Source of the DNA: Candidatus Gastranaerophilales bacterium
GTDB taxonomy: Bacteria > Cyanobacteriota > Vampirovibrionia > Gastranaerophilales > Gastranaerophilaceae
Reading direction: 5' to 3'
NCBI GenBank assembly: GCA_905236055.1
Contig: CAJOOA010000095.1
Coordinates: forward strand, 1-53,741
Length of the DNA stretch: 53,741 nucleotides
The position numbers were made by a program, and so were the translations under genes. Positions within the stretch are counted from its first letter, which is position 1. The number at the start of each line of letters is the position of its first letter. Positions 28,752-37,947 of the stretch are shown in pieces. The notes below the pieces were generated by a model that did not search any database, had not been told where the DNA came from, and worked only from the letters and a program-made list of their open reading frames with translations.

Positions 28752-29978
28752 ATGGAGTATGATTACGGAATAATAGGCGGAGGCCCTGCAGGATATACAG
28801 CGGGTATGCTCTTGGCACAAAAGGGCTATAGTGTAGTTTTATTTGAAAAAGAATTTTTGGGCGGAACTTGTCTTAATAAAGGATGTATTCCGACAAAAGC
28901 TTTGCTGCATTCGTCTGAGATTTATAAAAATGCATTGAATTCTCAAGATATAGGTCTAGATATTGAGATAAAGCAATTTGATTTTAAAAAAACAGCAGAA
29001 AAAAAAGATAAAACGGTTGAAAGAATTCGAAAATCGCTCGAACTTGCAGTAAAAAATTCCGGGGTAAATATTGTATATGCTAATGCGGAAATAGAAGACA
29101 AAAACAGCATAACGGCAAACGGTGAAGAATATAAGGTTTCGCAGATTATATATGCTTGCGGTTCAAAGCCGAGAGAAATTAAGGGTTTGGAATTTGACGG
29201 TAAATTTGTCTTGAGCTCTGATGATGTTTTGAAATTGGAAACTTTGCCAAAATCTGTTTTGATAATAGGTTCCGGTGCAATAGGAATAGAATGGGCAAGA
29301 ATATTTTCAAATTTCGGAGTTGAAGTTTCGGTTGTTGAACTTGCAGAACACTTGATCCCGCTTGCGGATATTGATATTTCAAAACGAATCGAGAGAATAT
29401 TTAGGCAAAATAAAATTAAATTTTATTTGAGCGATTCAGTAGAAATAATTTCCGGCAAAAAAGTTTTGCTAAAATCCGGTGTTGAAATAAATCCTGATTT
29501 TATACTTTCTGCAGTTGGCAGAGTACCGATTAAGCCGAACTTCAATGACGTTACTGTAATAGGGGATTCTGAGGGTAAAATTCAGCTTGCACATTATGCA
29601 ATTCACAATGCAAAACAATTCGCCTTGGGAATAGAGTGCGATGCAAAACTTATTCCTTCTGTAATATATGGCGAGCCGGAAATAGCATGGGTTGGGCTCC
29701 GGGAACAGGATTGCGGCGATGATTGTAAAGGTGTAAGTATACCTATTGCAGCGCTTGGTAAATCATGGTGTGATGATGCAACGGATGGGTTTATAAAAAT
29801 CATTACTAAAAATGATCAAATCGTTGGAGCACATGTCGTTTCAAAAGAAGCTTCTGCATTGATTCACGAATTTTTAATTGCGATTCAGAATGGCTTGAGC
29901 GTATCAGAGCTGAAAAAAGTATGTTTTGCGCATCCGACGTATTCTGAAGGAATTTTTGAAATTTTATTAAGAACGTAA
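28752..29978 (+). CDS. lpdA: Dihydrolipoamide dehydrogenase-like flavoprotein disulfide reductase (compact, 408 aa)
   Basis: GGGPAG, GGTCLNKGCIPTK, GSGAIGIE, HPTYSE. Confidence 0.8.
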   Translation: MEYDYGIIGGGPAGYTAGMLLAQKGYSVVLFEKEFLGGTCLNKGCIPTKALLHSSEIYKNALNSQDIGLDIEIKQFDFKKTAEKKDKTVERIRKSLELAVKNSGVNIVYANAEIEDKNSITANGEEYKVSQIIYACGSKPREIKGLEFDGKFVLSSDDVLKLETLPKSVLIIGSGAIGIEWARIFSNFGVEVSVVELAEHLIPLADIDISKRIERIFRQNKIKFYLSDSVEIISGKKVLLKSGVEINPDFILSAVGRVPIKPNFNDVTVIGDSEGKIQLAHYAIHNAKQFALGIECDAKLIPSVIYGEPEIAWVGLREQDCGDDCKGVSIPIAALGKSWCDDATDGFIKIITKNDQIVGAHVVSKEASALIHEFLIAIQNGLSVSELKKVCFAHPTYSEGIFEILLRT

Positions 29979-30062
29979 ACTTTTTTTAAAAATTTAATGA
30001 CAATTTTGTATTCTTAATATAATATTGAGAATATCATGAATCTAAATTAAGGAGTGATTTGG

Positions 30063-30539
30063 GTGGCAAGTAAGAAGATTGAAACGGTATATCCTGTACA
30101 AAGTGCTTTTTCCAGTGAAGAAGATGCTTTTACCGCACTTTCCACGTCGGCACTTCTTGCTAAAAGTTCAGTACCGTATTCTCACAGAAGGATTGCTGAT
30201 AATTACGTTATTATTAAGCGTATATATAAATTTCAGGCAGTACAGAGTCGTATTACCAATGCTGAAAGACAATTGCTTCAAAAATATGATTTTAATACGC
30301 TTGAGTTTTCCACTATCAAACAAATTAATGAAGAGTTATCATATCTCAAAAAGTGGTCAACTTCATCAAACGAATTGTTAAGAAAAGATTCCGATACAAT
30401 ATTACAAATCCGTTCCAAAGAGTTGAAATTCATTGTGGCGAGCAGATATGCTTCCATTACAAATGAAATTTATAATGGTTACAAAGCTTTGGAAAGATAT
30501 TTTGAAGAAATTTCGAAATTTTATACACCCGCTGTGTAA
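30063..30539 (+). CDS. Hypothetical protein
   Basis: AAGGAG RBS 8 nt before GTG 30063 (ORF track start 30054); no recognised motif. Confidence 0.65.
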   Translation: MASKKIETVYPVQSAFSSEEDAFTALSTSALLAKSSVPYSHRRIADNYVIIKRIYKFQAVQSRITNAERQLLQKYDFNTLEFSTIKQINEELSYLKKWSTSSNELLRKDSDTILQIRSKELKFIVASRYASITNEIYNGYKALERYFEEISKFYTPAV

Positions 30540-30612
30540 ATTTTTATAACAATTTTTAACATTTGAGCAAATTTTGTTTTTCAGGGGTTTTATAACTTCG
30601 GAAGGTTTTTTT

Positions 30613-31332
30613 ATGCAAGCTCTATCCGTAAATATGAATAGCAATATTTGTGCAGATTTCAATAATAGGAATCTCAAATTTGGGCATGCGCATAATTCAA
30701 TGAGAGAAAGCGGATATAAACCTTCCGAAAAAGCACTAATCGCCGGAATGTCAGTACTGGGTGTGCTTGCGAGCATCGCTTTACTTGCAAAAGGCGAAGG
30801 ATACTCTCTTAAGCCTTCCAAAATGTTTAAAGACTTTAAAAATTCGTATATTATGAAGAAAGATTTTGAAGCAAAGGAAGTTATATCAATGGGCGCAGGT
30901 TCCTGCCTCGGTGGGATTATCGGTGGCTGCATGATAGACAAAAATAAAGAAAATCGAAAAGCGAAACTTCGTGAGAGCGTTATGCAAATCGGGAATGTAT
31001 CAATTCCGATTTTAACAGTGTATTTATTAGTTGAAAAGCTTTTTAAAAGTGCACCCAAAGGTATTAAGGCTTTTGTAGGTTTGGGCGGAGTGTTTATTGG
31101 TGTAACAATAGCCAATTTTTTAATGAATAGACTTAATAATCTTTTATTCCACGAGAAAAACGGCGAAGGCAGAAAAATGAAATTCTCAGATTTCGCAGAA
31201 CATCCGGACGATGTTATTGTTGCTGCTAACTATATAGCAAAAGGGAATTTTGTACATAAACTTGGGCGTATAATTCCGATTGCTTTATTAATTCCCGGGT
31301 GGGAAGTTGGGAATAAAAAAGCACATCAATAA
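30613..31332 (+). CDS. Hypothetical membrane protein
   Basis: ATG 30613 after GAAGG; 4-5 Gly-rich hydrophobic segments. Confidence 0.75.
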   Translation: MQALSVNMNSNICADFNNRNLKFGHAHNSMRESGYKPSEKALIAGMSVLGVLASIALLAKGEGYSLKPSKMFKDFKNSYIMKKDFEAKEVISMGAGSCLGGIIGGCMIDKNKENRKAKLRESVMQIGNVSIPILTVYLLVEKLFKSAPKGIKAFVGLGGVFIGVTIANFLMNRLNNLLFHEKNGEGRKMKFSDFAEHPDDVIVAANYIAKGNFVHKLGRIIPIALLIPGWEVGNKKAHQ

Positions 31333-31357
31333 TTTTTTTACTTAACAATATAGCAGT

Positions 31358-31645
31358 TTAGCTGACTTCATAATCAGCATTTCCGAGTTCAAGTCTTGAA
31401 TTGAATTCTTTAACAAGCTCGGAGGATATTTTCCACTTTATTTTTCCGTCGGGGTATTTTACGTAGTGATTTGCGGAACACACTGTAGAAACATAGCAAG
31501 CATCAAGAATATTCATAGAGGAAATATCAATGCTCATGTTTTCACAAAAATGATTGTCTATAAAATCATTTATTGACGTTATAGTTTCGTTCGGCTGATT
31601 ACTGACTATTTTTAAAGTTTTATCTTGGGGTAATAATTGAATCAT
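31358..31645 (-). CDS. Small STAS-like protein
   Basis: IDISSMNILDA resembles the STAS DLSxVxFIDS motif; AAGGA RBS before ATG 31645. Confidence 0.55.
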   Translation of the reverse strand: MIQLLPQDKTLKIVSNQPNETITSINDFIDNHFCENMSIDISSMNILDACYVSTVCSANHYVKYPDGKIKWKISSELVKEFNSRLELGNADYEVS

Positions 31646-31811
31646 GTATATTCCTTGTGACATTAGTTTTTACGACAGTTTTTGCCATGTCTTTAGCAAT
31701 TGGCAAAATAAATCATCTTCTCGTAGGATTTTCGATTAGCATTTAAAAATGAACAAATTTTATTGCTATTTTGTTTTATACAATGTAGAATTAATGTGGG
31801 GATTTAAAGAA

Positions 31812-32438
31812 ATGAAAAAGTTACTTATTATTTTGATAATGATGTTGTTTGTGCCGGTTTTTGCCGATACACTACCATTTTATATGAATTCGGTGCCAAA
31901 ATCTGCGATTGGGCTATATCAAACAGATAAAACCCTTGTTTTACGAACAAATCCGGATGCAAATGCGCCAGTGATTAAAACTTTTGAATTTTCATATATA
32001 CCGGAAAATATGCCCGTAAACCTCTTTGCGGTATTATTAAATGACCGTAAGTTAGGGTTCCTTTATGCAACTGATATTGATGAAGACGGATGGGTTGAAG
32101 TTATTTATGATAAACAAATCGGAGCAAAGGGTTGGGTGCAAACCGACGATAAAATGCAATTTCTACCCTGGATAAATTTTTACAACCTTTATGGCAGAAA
32201 ATACGGCCTTGCAGTTATGAAAGATGCTCCTAAGGATATTTATACACTTTATGCACAATGTGAAGACAAGTCTCAGGCGCTTTCTAAGTTAAATTACATA
32301 CAGAAAGTTAAGATGGTTAAAGTTAGCGGTAATTGGGCGTTAGTAACAGTTCTTGATTTGGACAAAACTCCAAAATCCGGTTGGATGAAATGGCGTGACA
32401 GTGACGGAACAATTTTTGCCTTTCCTGCAATAAAATAA
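31812..32438 (+). CDS. Secreted protein with bacterial SH3-like repeats
   Basis: Signal peptide MKKLLII..VFA; LRTNPDANAPVI, GWVEV..KGWV, GNWALV..SGWM. Confidence 0.7.
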   Translation: MKKLLIILIMMLFVPVFADTLPFYMNSVPKSAIGLYQTDKTLVLRTNPDANAPVIKTFEFSYIPENMPVNLFAVLLNDRKLGFLYATDIDEDGWVEVIYDKQIGAKGWVQTDDKMQFLPWINFYNLYGRKYGLAVMKDAPKDIYTLYAQCEDKSQALSKLNYIQKVKMVKVSGNWALVTVLDLDKTPKSGWMKWRDSDGTIFAFPAIK

Positions 32439-32446
32439 GTTAAATT

Positions 32447-34411
32447 TTATTTATAAACATTTCCGTAAACCCAATATGTACGAAGTACTTTCTTTACATA
32501 GTTTTTAGTTTCTGGGTATGGAATTTGTTCAACGAATTCGTCGGTATCGTTGTAAATCAATTTCGAAAACCACGTTGTTACAGAGCCGATTCCGCCGTTA
32601 TATGCGGAAATTGCGTATAAATCTTTATTGCCTAAAACTTTCTTTAAACTGGAATAATAAATACTTCCTACTTTTATATTGTTTTCGGGTGCATATATAT
32701 CACCTTTTATGCCATATTGATTTGCCACTTCAGAATAAGTCAAAGGCATTAATTGCATTAAACCGGCAGCTCCTACAGAGCTTTTTGCATATGAATTAAA
32801 ATGGCTTTCTTCTTTCAATATTGATTGCAAAATAACGGGATTATTGTTGTTTTTTTGCTTATTTACAATATCAAAGTAGTGCAAAGGATAAATTAGTCGC
32901 CATCTCAAATCGTCAAATGGCGGTTTTGTAGTTATTTCTTCCATTGCATTCCTTGCAAGTATTGCGGAAATTGTATAATTTCCTTTCTGATAAGCTATCC
33001 AACTCTGAACAAATTTGTCATTTTTACATAATTCGCTCACTAAATCATAATCTTTGAGCAATGCCAATTTTACAACGAGATTGTTTTCTATAGATTTTTT
33101 GTACGGAAATACTACCGGTTTCGGCACTAAATTGTCAAAAGGTAAAACGCCGTCTTCTTTATAAATATTATAATTTGCTCTAAATGCATAATATGAATCA
33201 GGATATTCCTGAATGGTTTTTTTGAAGTATTCATTTGCACTTTCGTAGTGCTTCATTTTGTGAGCGATTTTACCCATAAAATAAACTACTGCAGGGCTTG
33301 ATTTAACATTCGGAAATTTTTTAAGATGCAAGAATCCAAGCCGTTGCGCATCATAATATTTCTTTTGCAAATACTTTATCATAAAGAGGTTATAAAGCGT
33401 GTCTGCAGAAAATTGGCCGCTGGGATATTTTTCATAAAGAGTTCTAAAACAAGCTTCTTTTGCATTGGAAGGTATAACTTCACTGCAATTTAAATAAGAA
33501 ATATAATCGGCTCCTGTCGATGTATAATTCTGCGAGGCCAAATATTTTATACCCGAAGTTCTTGAAGAAGCGTATAAAAGGTAGTTGTCTATTACTTCAT
33601 AAACTTCTTTTGGTATTGCGCTGTTTGCATATTGTTTTAAGCCGGTTTCGGTATAATATCTTCCTTTTTCTTTATTATCCAATTTGAATTCGGTTTTTGC
33701 GAAATCTGTCCAGCTAACTGCAATCGTAGTCTTGTTTAAAAACTCTTCTGCTTTTTCAAACTCGCCGTTTTCGTGATAAGCTTTCGCAATTAAAAGGTTG
33801 TCATAGTTGTTGAATTTTGTATTAATTTTTTGCAATTCTTCAACAGATTTTATGGCAAATCGTCCCGAGGGAGCTTTTTCGATGTAATTTTTAAAATTTA
33901 TTGATGCTTTTTCAATAGCTTTTTGTTTTCTTTTTTCTCCCTTTGGAAGATTATTTACTTCAATCAAGCCCAAATAATATTCTGCTGCAATTGCGTAATC
34001 ACTCGACGGATAATTTTTTATTATGTGTTTAAAATGTTTGCTCGCGGAAGAATCTCCTATTTCAAACATTAAGTTCGCCATATTATATTCGCTTATCGGA
34101 ACAATACTGGATTTAGAACCCGAGTGGGCAATTTTATTGTATTTTTTTATGGCAAGTTCTTTCTTGCCCATATTTGTCGCACAACGTGCTTGTCTGAATA
34201 ATGCCGACTCTTTTAAGCTTGATGAAGACGGCACTTTTGCAAATGCGTAATAAGCTTTTTCATAATCCGCATTTTTATAACTTGTTAAAGCATCAGAGTA
34301 CGCTTTTACTCCTCTAGCTTCCGAGGAAATGCGATTATAGATAAAATAGCCCGCTGTTAATATTGCCAGAAATAAAACTATATATAAATCGTATTTTTTT
34401 CTTCTTCTCAT
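32447..34411 (-). CDS. Lytic transglycosylase (Slt family) with TPR repeats
   Basis: KEESHF, GAAGLMQLMP, AYNGG, ETKNYVKKV; N-terminal TM anchor and TPRs. Confidence 0.93.
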   Translation of the reverse strand: MRRRKKYDLYIVLFLAILTAGYFIYNRISSEARGVKAYSDALTSYKNADYEKAYYAFAKVPSSSSLKESALFRQARCATNMGKKELAIKKYNKIAHSGSKSSIVPISEYNMANLMFEIGDSSASKHFKHIIKNYPSSDYAIAAEYYLGLIEVNNLPKGEKRKQKAIEKASINFKNYIEKAPSGRFAIKSVEELQKINTKFNNYDNLLIAKAYHENGEFEKAEEFLNKTTIAVSWTDFAKTEFKLDNKEKGRYYTETGLKQYANSAIPKEVYEVIDNYLLYASSRTSGIKYLASQNYTSTGADYISYLNCSEVIPSNAKEACFRTLYEKYPSGQFSADTLYNLFMIKYLQKKYYDAQRLGFLHLKKFPNVKSSPAVVYFMGKIAHKMKHYESANEYFKKTIQEYPDSYYAFRANYNIYKEDGVLPFDNLVPKPVVFPYKKSIENNLVVKLALLKDYDLVSELCKNDKFVQSWIAYQKGNYTISAILARNAMEEITTKPPFDDLRWRLIYPLHYFDIVNKQKNNNNPVILQSILKEESHFNSYAKSSVGAAGLMQLMPLTYSEVANQYGIKGDIYAPENNIKVGSIYYSSLKKVLGNKDLYAISAYNGGIGSVTTWFSKLIYNDTDEFVEQIPYPETKNYVKKVLRTYWVYGNVYK

Positions 34412-34577
34412 TTAAATTTAATCTGTTTCCATACTGTACATTGTTTTATACCGTTGGGCAAAACAATTTCCACTATACTATTCTAATATATATTTATGCA
34501 AAAGAAAAATCCCGTAATAAAAAATTACATTTTATCTCCGAATAAATATTTTGTTAGTGAAAATATATCTTCAAAAT

Positions 34578-35600
34578 CTACCGAAACTTTGTTATGTCAG
34601 ACACTCTTAGTGCGAAATAAGGCGTTCTGGCATTGTGTTCTTTTAGAAAAATAACAAATGTGTCGTCAAAATAAAAATTTCTGGGAGCAGGTTTTTTTGC
34701 ATTTGGACCTATTGATTCAACAAATGTCATTGCTGCTTCACTCTTTAATTGCACTCCTTTGTTATCCATGTTAAAAATAACGGTTTCCATGGCTTTGCTT
34801 ATTATTATATTTGTTCCGATTACTCTTCTTTCTGTTAATTCTTCGAAAGTTTTTGTTAAATCAAGTTTAATATTAGGTACCCTCAATTTGTCATCTTTTT
34901 CGAATTTCTTTGAACCTTTATAACCGGATGCTTTCCCCTTCATATCACCGTACAAAGCCATAAAGTTTTTATTTGCAGCATTTTTATATAAGTAAACTTC
35001 TTCATTGTCTTTTGTTAAAAGCATAACGGCAAAATCTTTGGGGTTGTTGTAATACAAAACCTTAACTCCTGTTTTTATGTCATTTTGGGTATTATTGTCT
35101 ACTCCAAAATACTCCGCAGTCATATTTTTGCCGAAAGAAAATTCTCCGAGCTTGTCAAACTCTTTTATAAATTCGAAATCTTTTTTAAGCATTGCATAAA
35201 TTATAAAGTTATCTGGACCGGGAATCGGATTTAAAACGTCTAAAATATCGCTGGTTTCATCAAATTTTTTCTTTATTGCTTTTTTAATATTTTTCACCGT
35301 ATTTTTTGTAATATTACCTGAATATTTGTAATAGCATTTGTCAGATAAATTTGAAGCGTCAAAAGTTTTTAAATTTAGTTCATAAACATACGTTGGGGTT
35401 CCGTCTTTTAACCTTACCGGAGTGTGAACGTACTTATCAATAAATTCGTTCCATACGATTTGGAACGTGCCTACCCAAACTCTATCCTGCTCATTGCTTT
35501 TGGAAATCATTGTCGGCTGAACTTCGATATCATAGGCAAATGCCGGAATAAATATGGACAATATAAATAAAATAACCAAACCAAATATTCTGCGTTTCAT
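34578..35600 (-). CDS. Secreted hypothetical protein with a serpin-like C-terminus
   Basis: Signal peptide; FNMDNKGVQLKSEAA..PRNFYFDDTFVIFL..PYFALRV resembles the serpin hinge and signature. Confidence 0.6.
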   Translation of the reverse strand: MKRRIFGLVILFILSIFIPAFAYDIEVQPTMISKSNEQDRVWVGTFQIVWNEFIDKYVHTPVRLKDGTPTYVYELNLKTFDASNLSDKCYYKYSGNITKNTVKNIKKAIKKKFDETSDILDVLNPIPGPDNFIIYAMLKKDFEFIKEFDKLGEFSFGKNMTAEYFGVDNNTQNDIKTGVKVLYYNNPKDFAVMLLTKDNEEVYLYKNAANKNFMALYGDMKGKASGYKGSKKFEKDDKLRVPNIKLDLTKTFEELTERRVIGTNIIISKAMETVIFNMDNKGVQLKSEAAMTFVESIGPNAKKPAPRNFYFDDTFVIFLKEHNARTPYFALRVSDITKFR

Positions 35601-35651
35601 AAAACTTTTTTCCTCTCCTCGCTCTACGCTGTTTTATGATAACATAGTTTT

Positions 35652-36764
35652 ATGAGAATTGATACTTTTAAAATAGAAGAATGGATGAACAGGTATTGTC
35701 CTTCCGCAAAGTACGATTTGACGACTACTTGCATTGAGCCGCTTACAATACGGGAATTAATGACTTTGAGCGGAATTATGAAACCGTTGGAAATTTTTGA
35801 TACCAAATTGACCTATGGCGATATTCACGGCTCTGTAAGATTAAAAACAGCAATCAAAAGTTTGTATAAAAATCAAGATTTGAAAAATATTACCGTAACA
35901 CATGGTGCAATAGGTGCTAATCAGCTTATATTTGAGTCTGTGTTGGACAAGGGAGATGAAGTTATAACTTTGCTTCCGGTTTATCAGCAGCATTATTCCA
36001 TACCAAAGGCGCTCGGTGCAAATGTTAAACAAGTATTTCTGAGAGAAGAGAATCGTTGGCAGCCGAATCTCAACGAAATCGAAAAGGCAATTTCATACCA
36101 AACAAAACTGCTTTGTCTTAACAATCCAAACAATCCGACGGGTGCGGTTATTCCTGATGAAACGCTGAAACATATTGTTGAAATTGCTTCGAAACACAAT
36201 ATGTGGATTCTGTCCGATGAAGTTTATAGGGGCTTAAATCTTGTCGGAGAACCTTATTCGGAATCAATTGCAGATTTATATGAAAAAGGGATTTCTGTGG
36301 GCAGTATGTCAAAAACGTATTCTTTACCTGGGCTAAGAGTCGGATGGGTGGCTGCAAGAGAAGATTTGATTAATGAAATAAATAAACACAGAGAATACAA
36401 TACAATAAGCGTAAGCATCCTGGATGATTATTATTCTGCTATAGCACTTGAAAACCGTAATAAAATCGCCCTGAGAAATTTCGAAATAATGAAAACAGGT
36501 TTGTCAGTTCTTAGCGATTGGCTTAATGATGAAATATATGTAAAAGCGAACCTCCCGCAGGGCGGAACAACGGCACTTTTACGTTATAAAAAAGATGTTC
36601 CTTCTAAAACTTTATGCCGCAATTTGCAAGAAAAAACAGGCGTCGCACTTTTACCCGGTGAAACAATGGAGATGGAAGGCACCGTAAGAATTGGCTTTTG
36701 TACTGAACCGGACACTCTCAGAAAAGGTCTGAATGAATTTTCTAAATATTTGAGAACAATATAA
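35652..36764 (+). CDS. PLP-dependent aminotransferase class I/II
   Basis: NNPNNPTG, SDEVY, SMSKTYSLPGLRVGW. Confidence 0.93.
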   Translation: MRIDTFKIEEWMNRYCPSAKYDLTTTCIEPLTIRELMTLSGIMKPLEIFDTKLTYGDIHGSVRLKTAIKSLYKNQDLKNITVTHGAIGANQLIFESVLDKGDEVITLLPVYQQHYSIPKALGANVKQVFLREENRWQPNLNEIEKAISYQTKLLCLNNPNNPTGAVIPDETLKHIVEIASKHNMWILSDEVYRGLNLVGEPYSESIADLYEKGISVGSMSKTYSLPGLRVGWVAAREDLINEINKHREYNTISVSILDDYYSAIALENRNKIALRNFEIMKTGLSVLSDWLNDEIYVKANLPQGGTTALLRYKKDVPSKTLCRNLQEKTGVALLPGETMEMEGTVRIGFCTEPDTLRKGLNEFSKYLRTI

Positions 36765-36829
36765 TATAGCTTATTGTGGAATATGAATGACTCTTTATTA
36801 TGCAATAATACGCATAAAAGGAGGTTTAT

Positions 36830-37402
36830 ATGAATTTGGATAATTCTGAAACAAAATACAATCTGATTAACGCTTTTGCAGGCGAATCACAAGCTGCTAT
36901 GAGATACACTATTTATGCAAAACAAGCGAAGAAAGAGGGTTACGAAAATATTGCCGCAATTTTTGAAGAAACCGCAGGAAACGAACGTGAACACGCAAAG
37001 TTGTTCTTAAAACATATTCCGCAGGCCGAACATTTGAGGGTAAACGCAGATTATCCGTTTATTTTCGGTGATACAAAGGAAAATCTTAAATCTGCTTCAA
37101 TGGCTGAGTATGAAGAGTGTGAAAAAATATACGCCAAGGCCGCTAATACTGCTAAAGAAGAGGGTTTTCTCGAGGTTCACAGACTGTTTTCAAATATAGT
37201 TCAAATAGAAAAACGACACGCATATCGATATAATATTCTGTATGAAAATTTAACTAAAGGAACTCTTTATAAAAAGGATGAGCAAACACAATGGATTTGC
37301 CGCAAATGCGGGAATTGCGTAATTTCTAAACAAGCACCGGAAAAATGTCCAGTTTGTTCGCACCCGCAAGGATATTATGAAATTTACACCGAAAAATTTT
37401 AA
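36830..37402 (+). CDS. rbr: Rubrerythrin
   Basis: AFAGESQA, EREHA, EKRH, C-terminal CRKC..CPVC. Confidence 0.93.
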   Translation: MNLDNSETKYNLINAFAGESQAAMRYTIYAKQAKKEGYENIAAIFEETAGNEREHAKLFLKHIPQAEHLRVNADYPFIFGDTKENLKSASMAEYEECEKIYAKAANTAKEEGFLEVHRLFSNIVQIEKRHAYRYNILYENLTKGTLYKKDEQTQWICRKCGNCVISKQAPEKCPVCSHPQGYYEIYTEKF

Positions 37403-37443
37403 AACTTTCAATATTTCTTTAGCCAAATCACCCTCTTTTTAAA

Positions 37444-37461
37444 TATGTTAAGAAATGTAAA
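37444..37461. promoter_or_regulatory. HLR1-like direct repeat
   Basis: Minus strand reads TTTACATT-TC-TTAACATA, ~80 bp upstream of the 37540 start. Confidence 0.35.
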
Positions 37462-37539
37462 TAAAATCCCCAAAGCTGCAATCGGAAATTTTTTATATAC
37501 TTAATATATATGTAAGATGTAAAATATAGGAGCACTATC

Positions 37540-37848
37540 ATGTCAATGAATATTAATACAAATGACCTAACAACTTTTATAAAACAAAGACTTGGTTTGG
37601 GTAACGAAGTTGATCGTAATGAAGCAAAGGTTTTGGGAGCAGAAAGTGAGTTTAACCGAATGGCCGAAGACAAAGATGTTATTAATGTTGATGACATAGT
37701 GGCTGATCTTGACGGTGATTTATATACAAAATTTGCAACATTATATGTTCAAGAACAAGAAAAGACTGATGCTAAAGAAGACGAGGAAAAAGAAAAAGAG
37801 AATGCTGACAAGCAGAGGACTACCAGCGGCAACGGAGGTAAAGCGTAA
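37540..37848 (+). CDS. Small acidic hypothetical protein
   Basis: AGGAG RBS, 102 aa, charged C-terminal tail. Confidence 0.72.
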   Translation: MSMNINTNDLTTFIKQRLGLGNEVDRNEAKVLGAESEFNRMAEDKDVINVDDIVADLDGDLYTKFATLYVQEQEKTDAKEDEEKEKENADKQRTTSGNGGKA

Positions 37849-37919
37849 TTCACGTTAAAAAGGCAAGAGAGAGCAAAAGTACGATAAAGCACAAGCACGA
37901 GAAAAAGAGAGAAAAAAAT

Positions 37920-37947
37920 AAACGGAATATAAAAATTCCGTTTTTTT
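37920..37947. terminator. Bidirectional terminator between convergent genes
   Basis: AAACGGAAT..ATTCCGTTT stem flanked by A and T tracts. Confidence 0.7.

Noticed and set aside
37850-37920. Purine-rich tract after the 102-aa gene
   Set aside because: No clear periodicity or structure; probably a 3' UTR.
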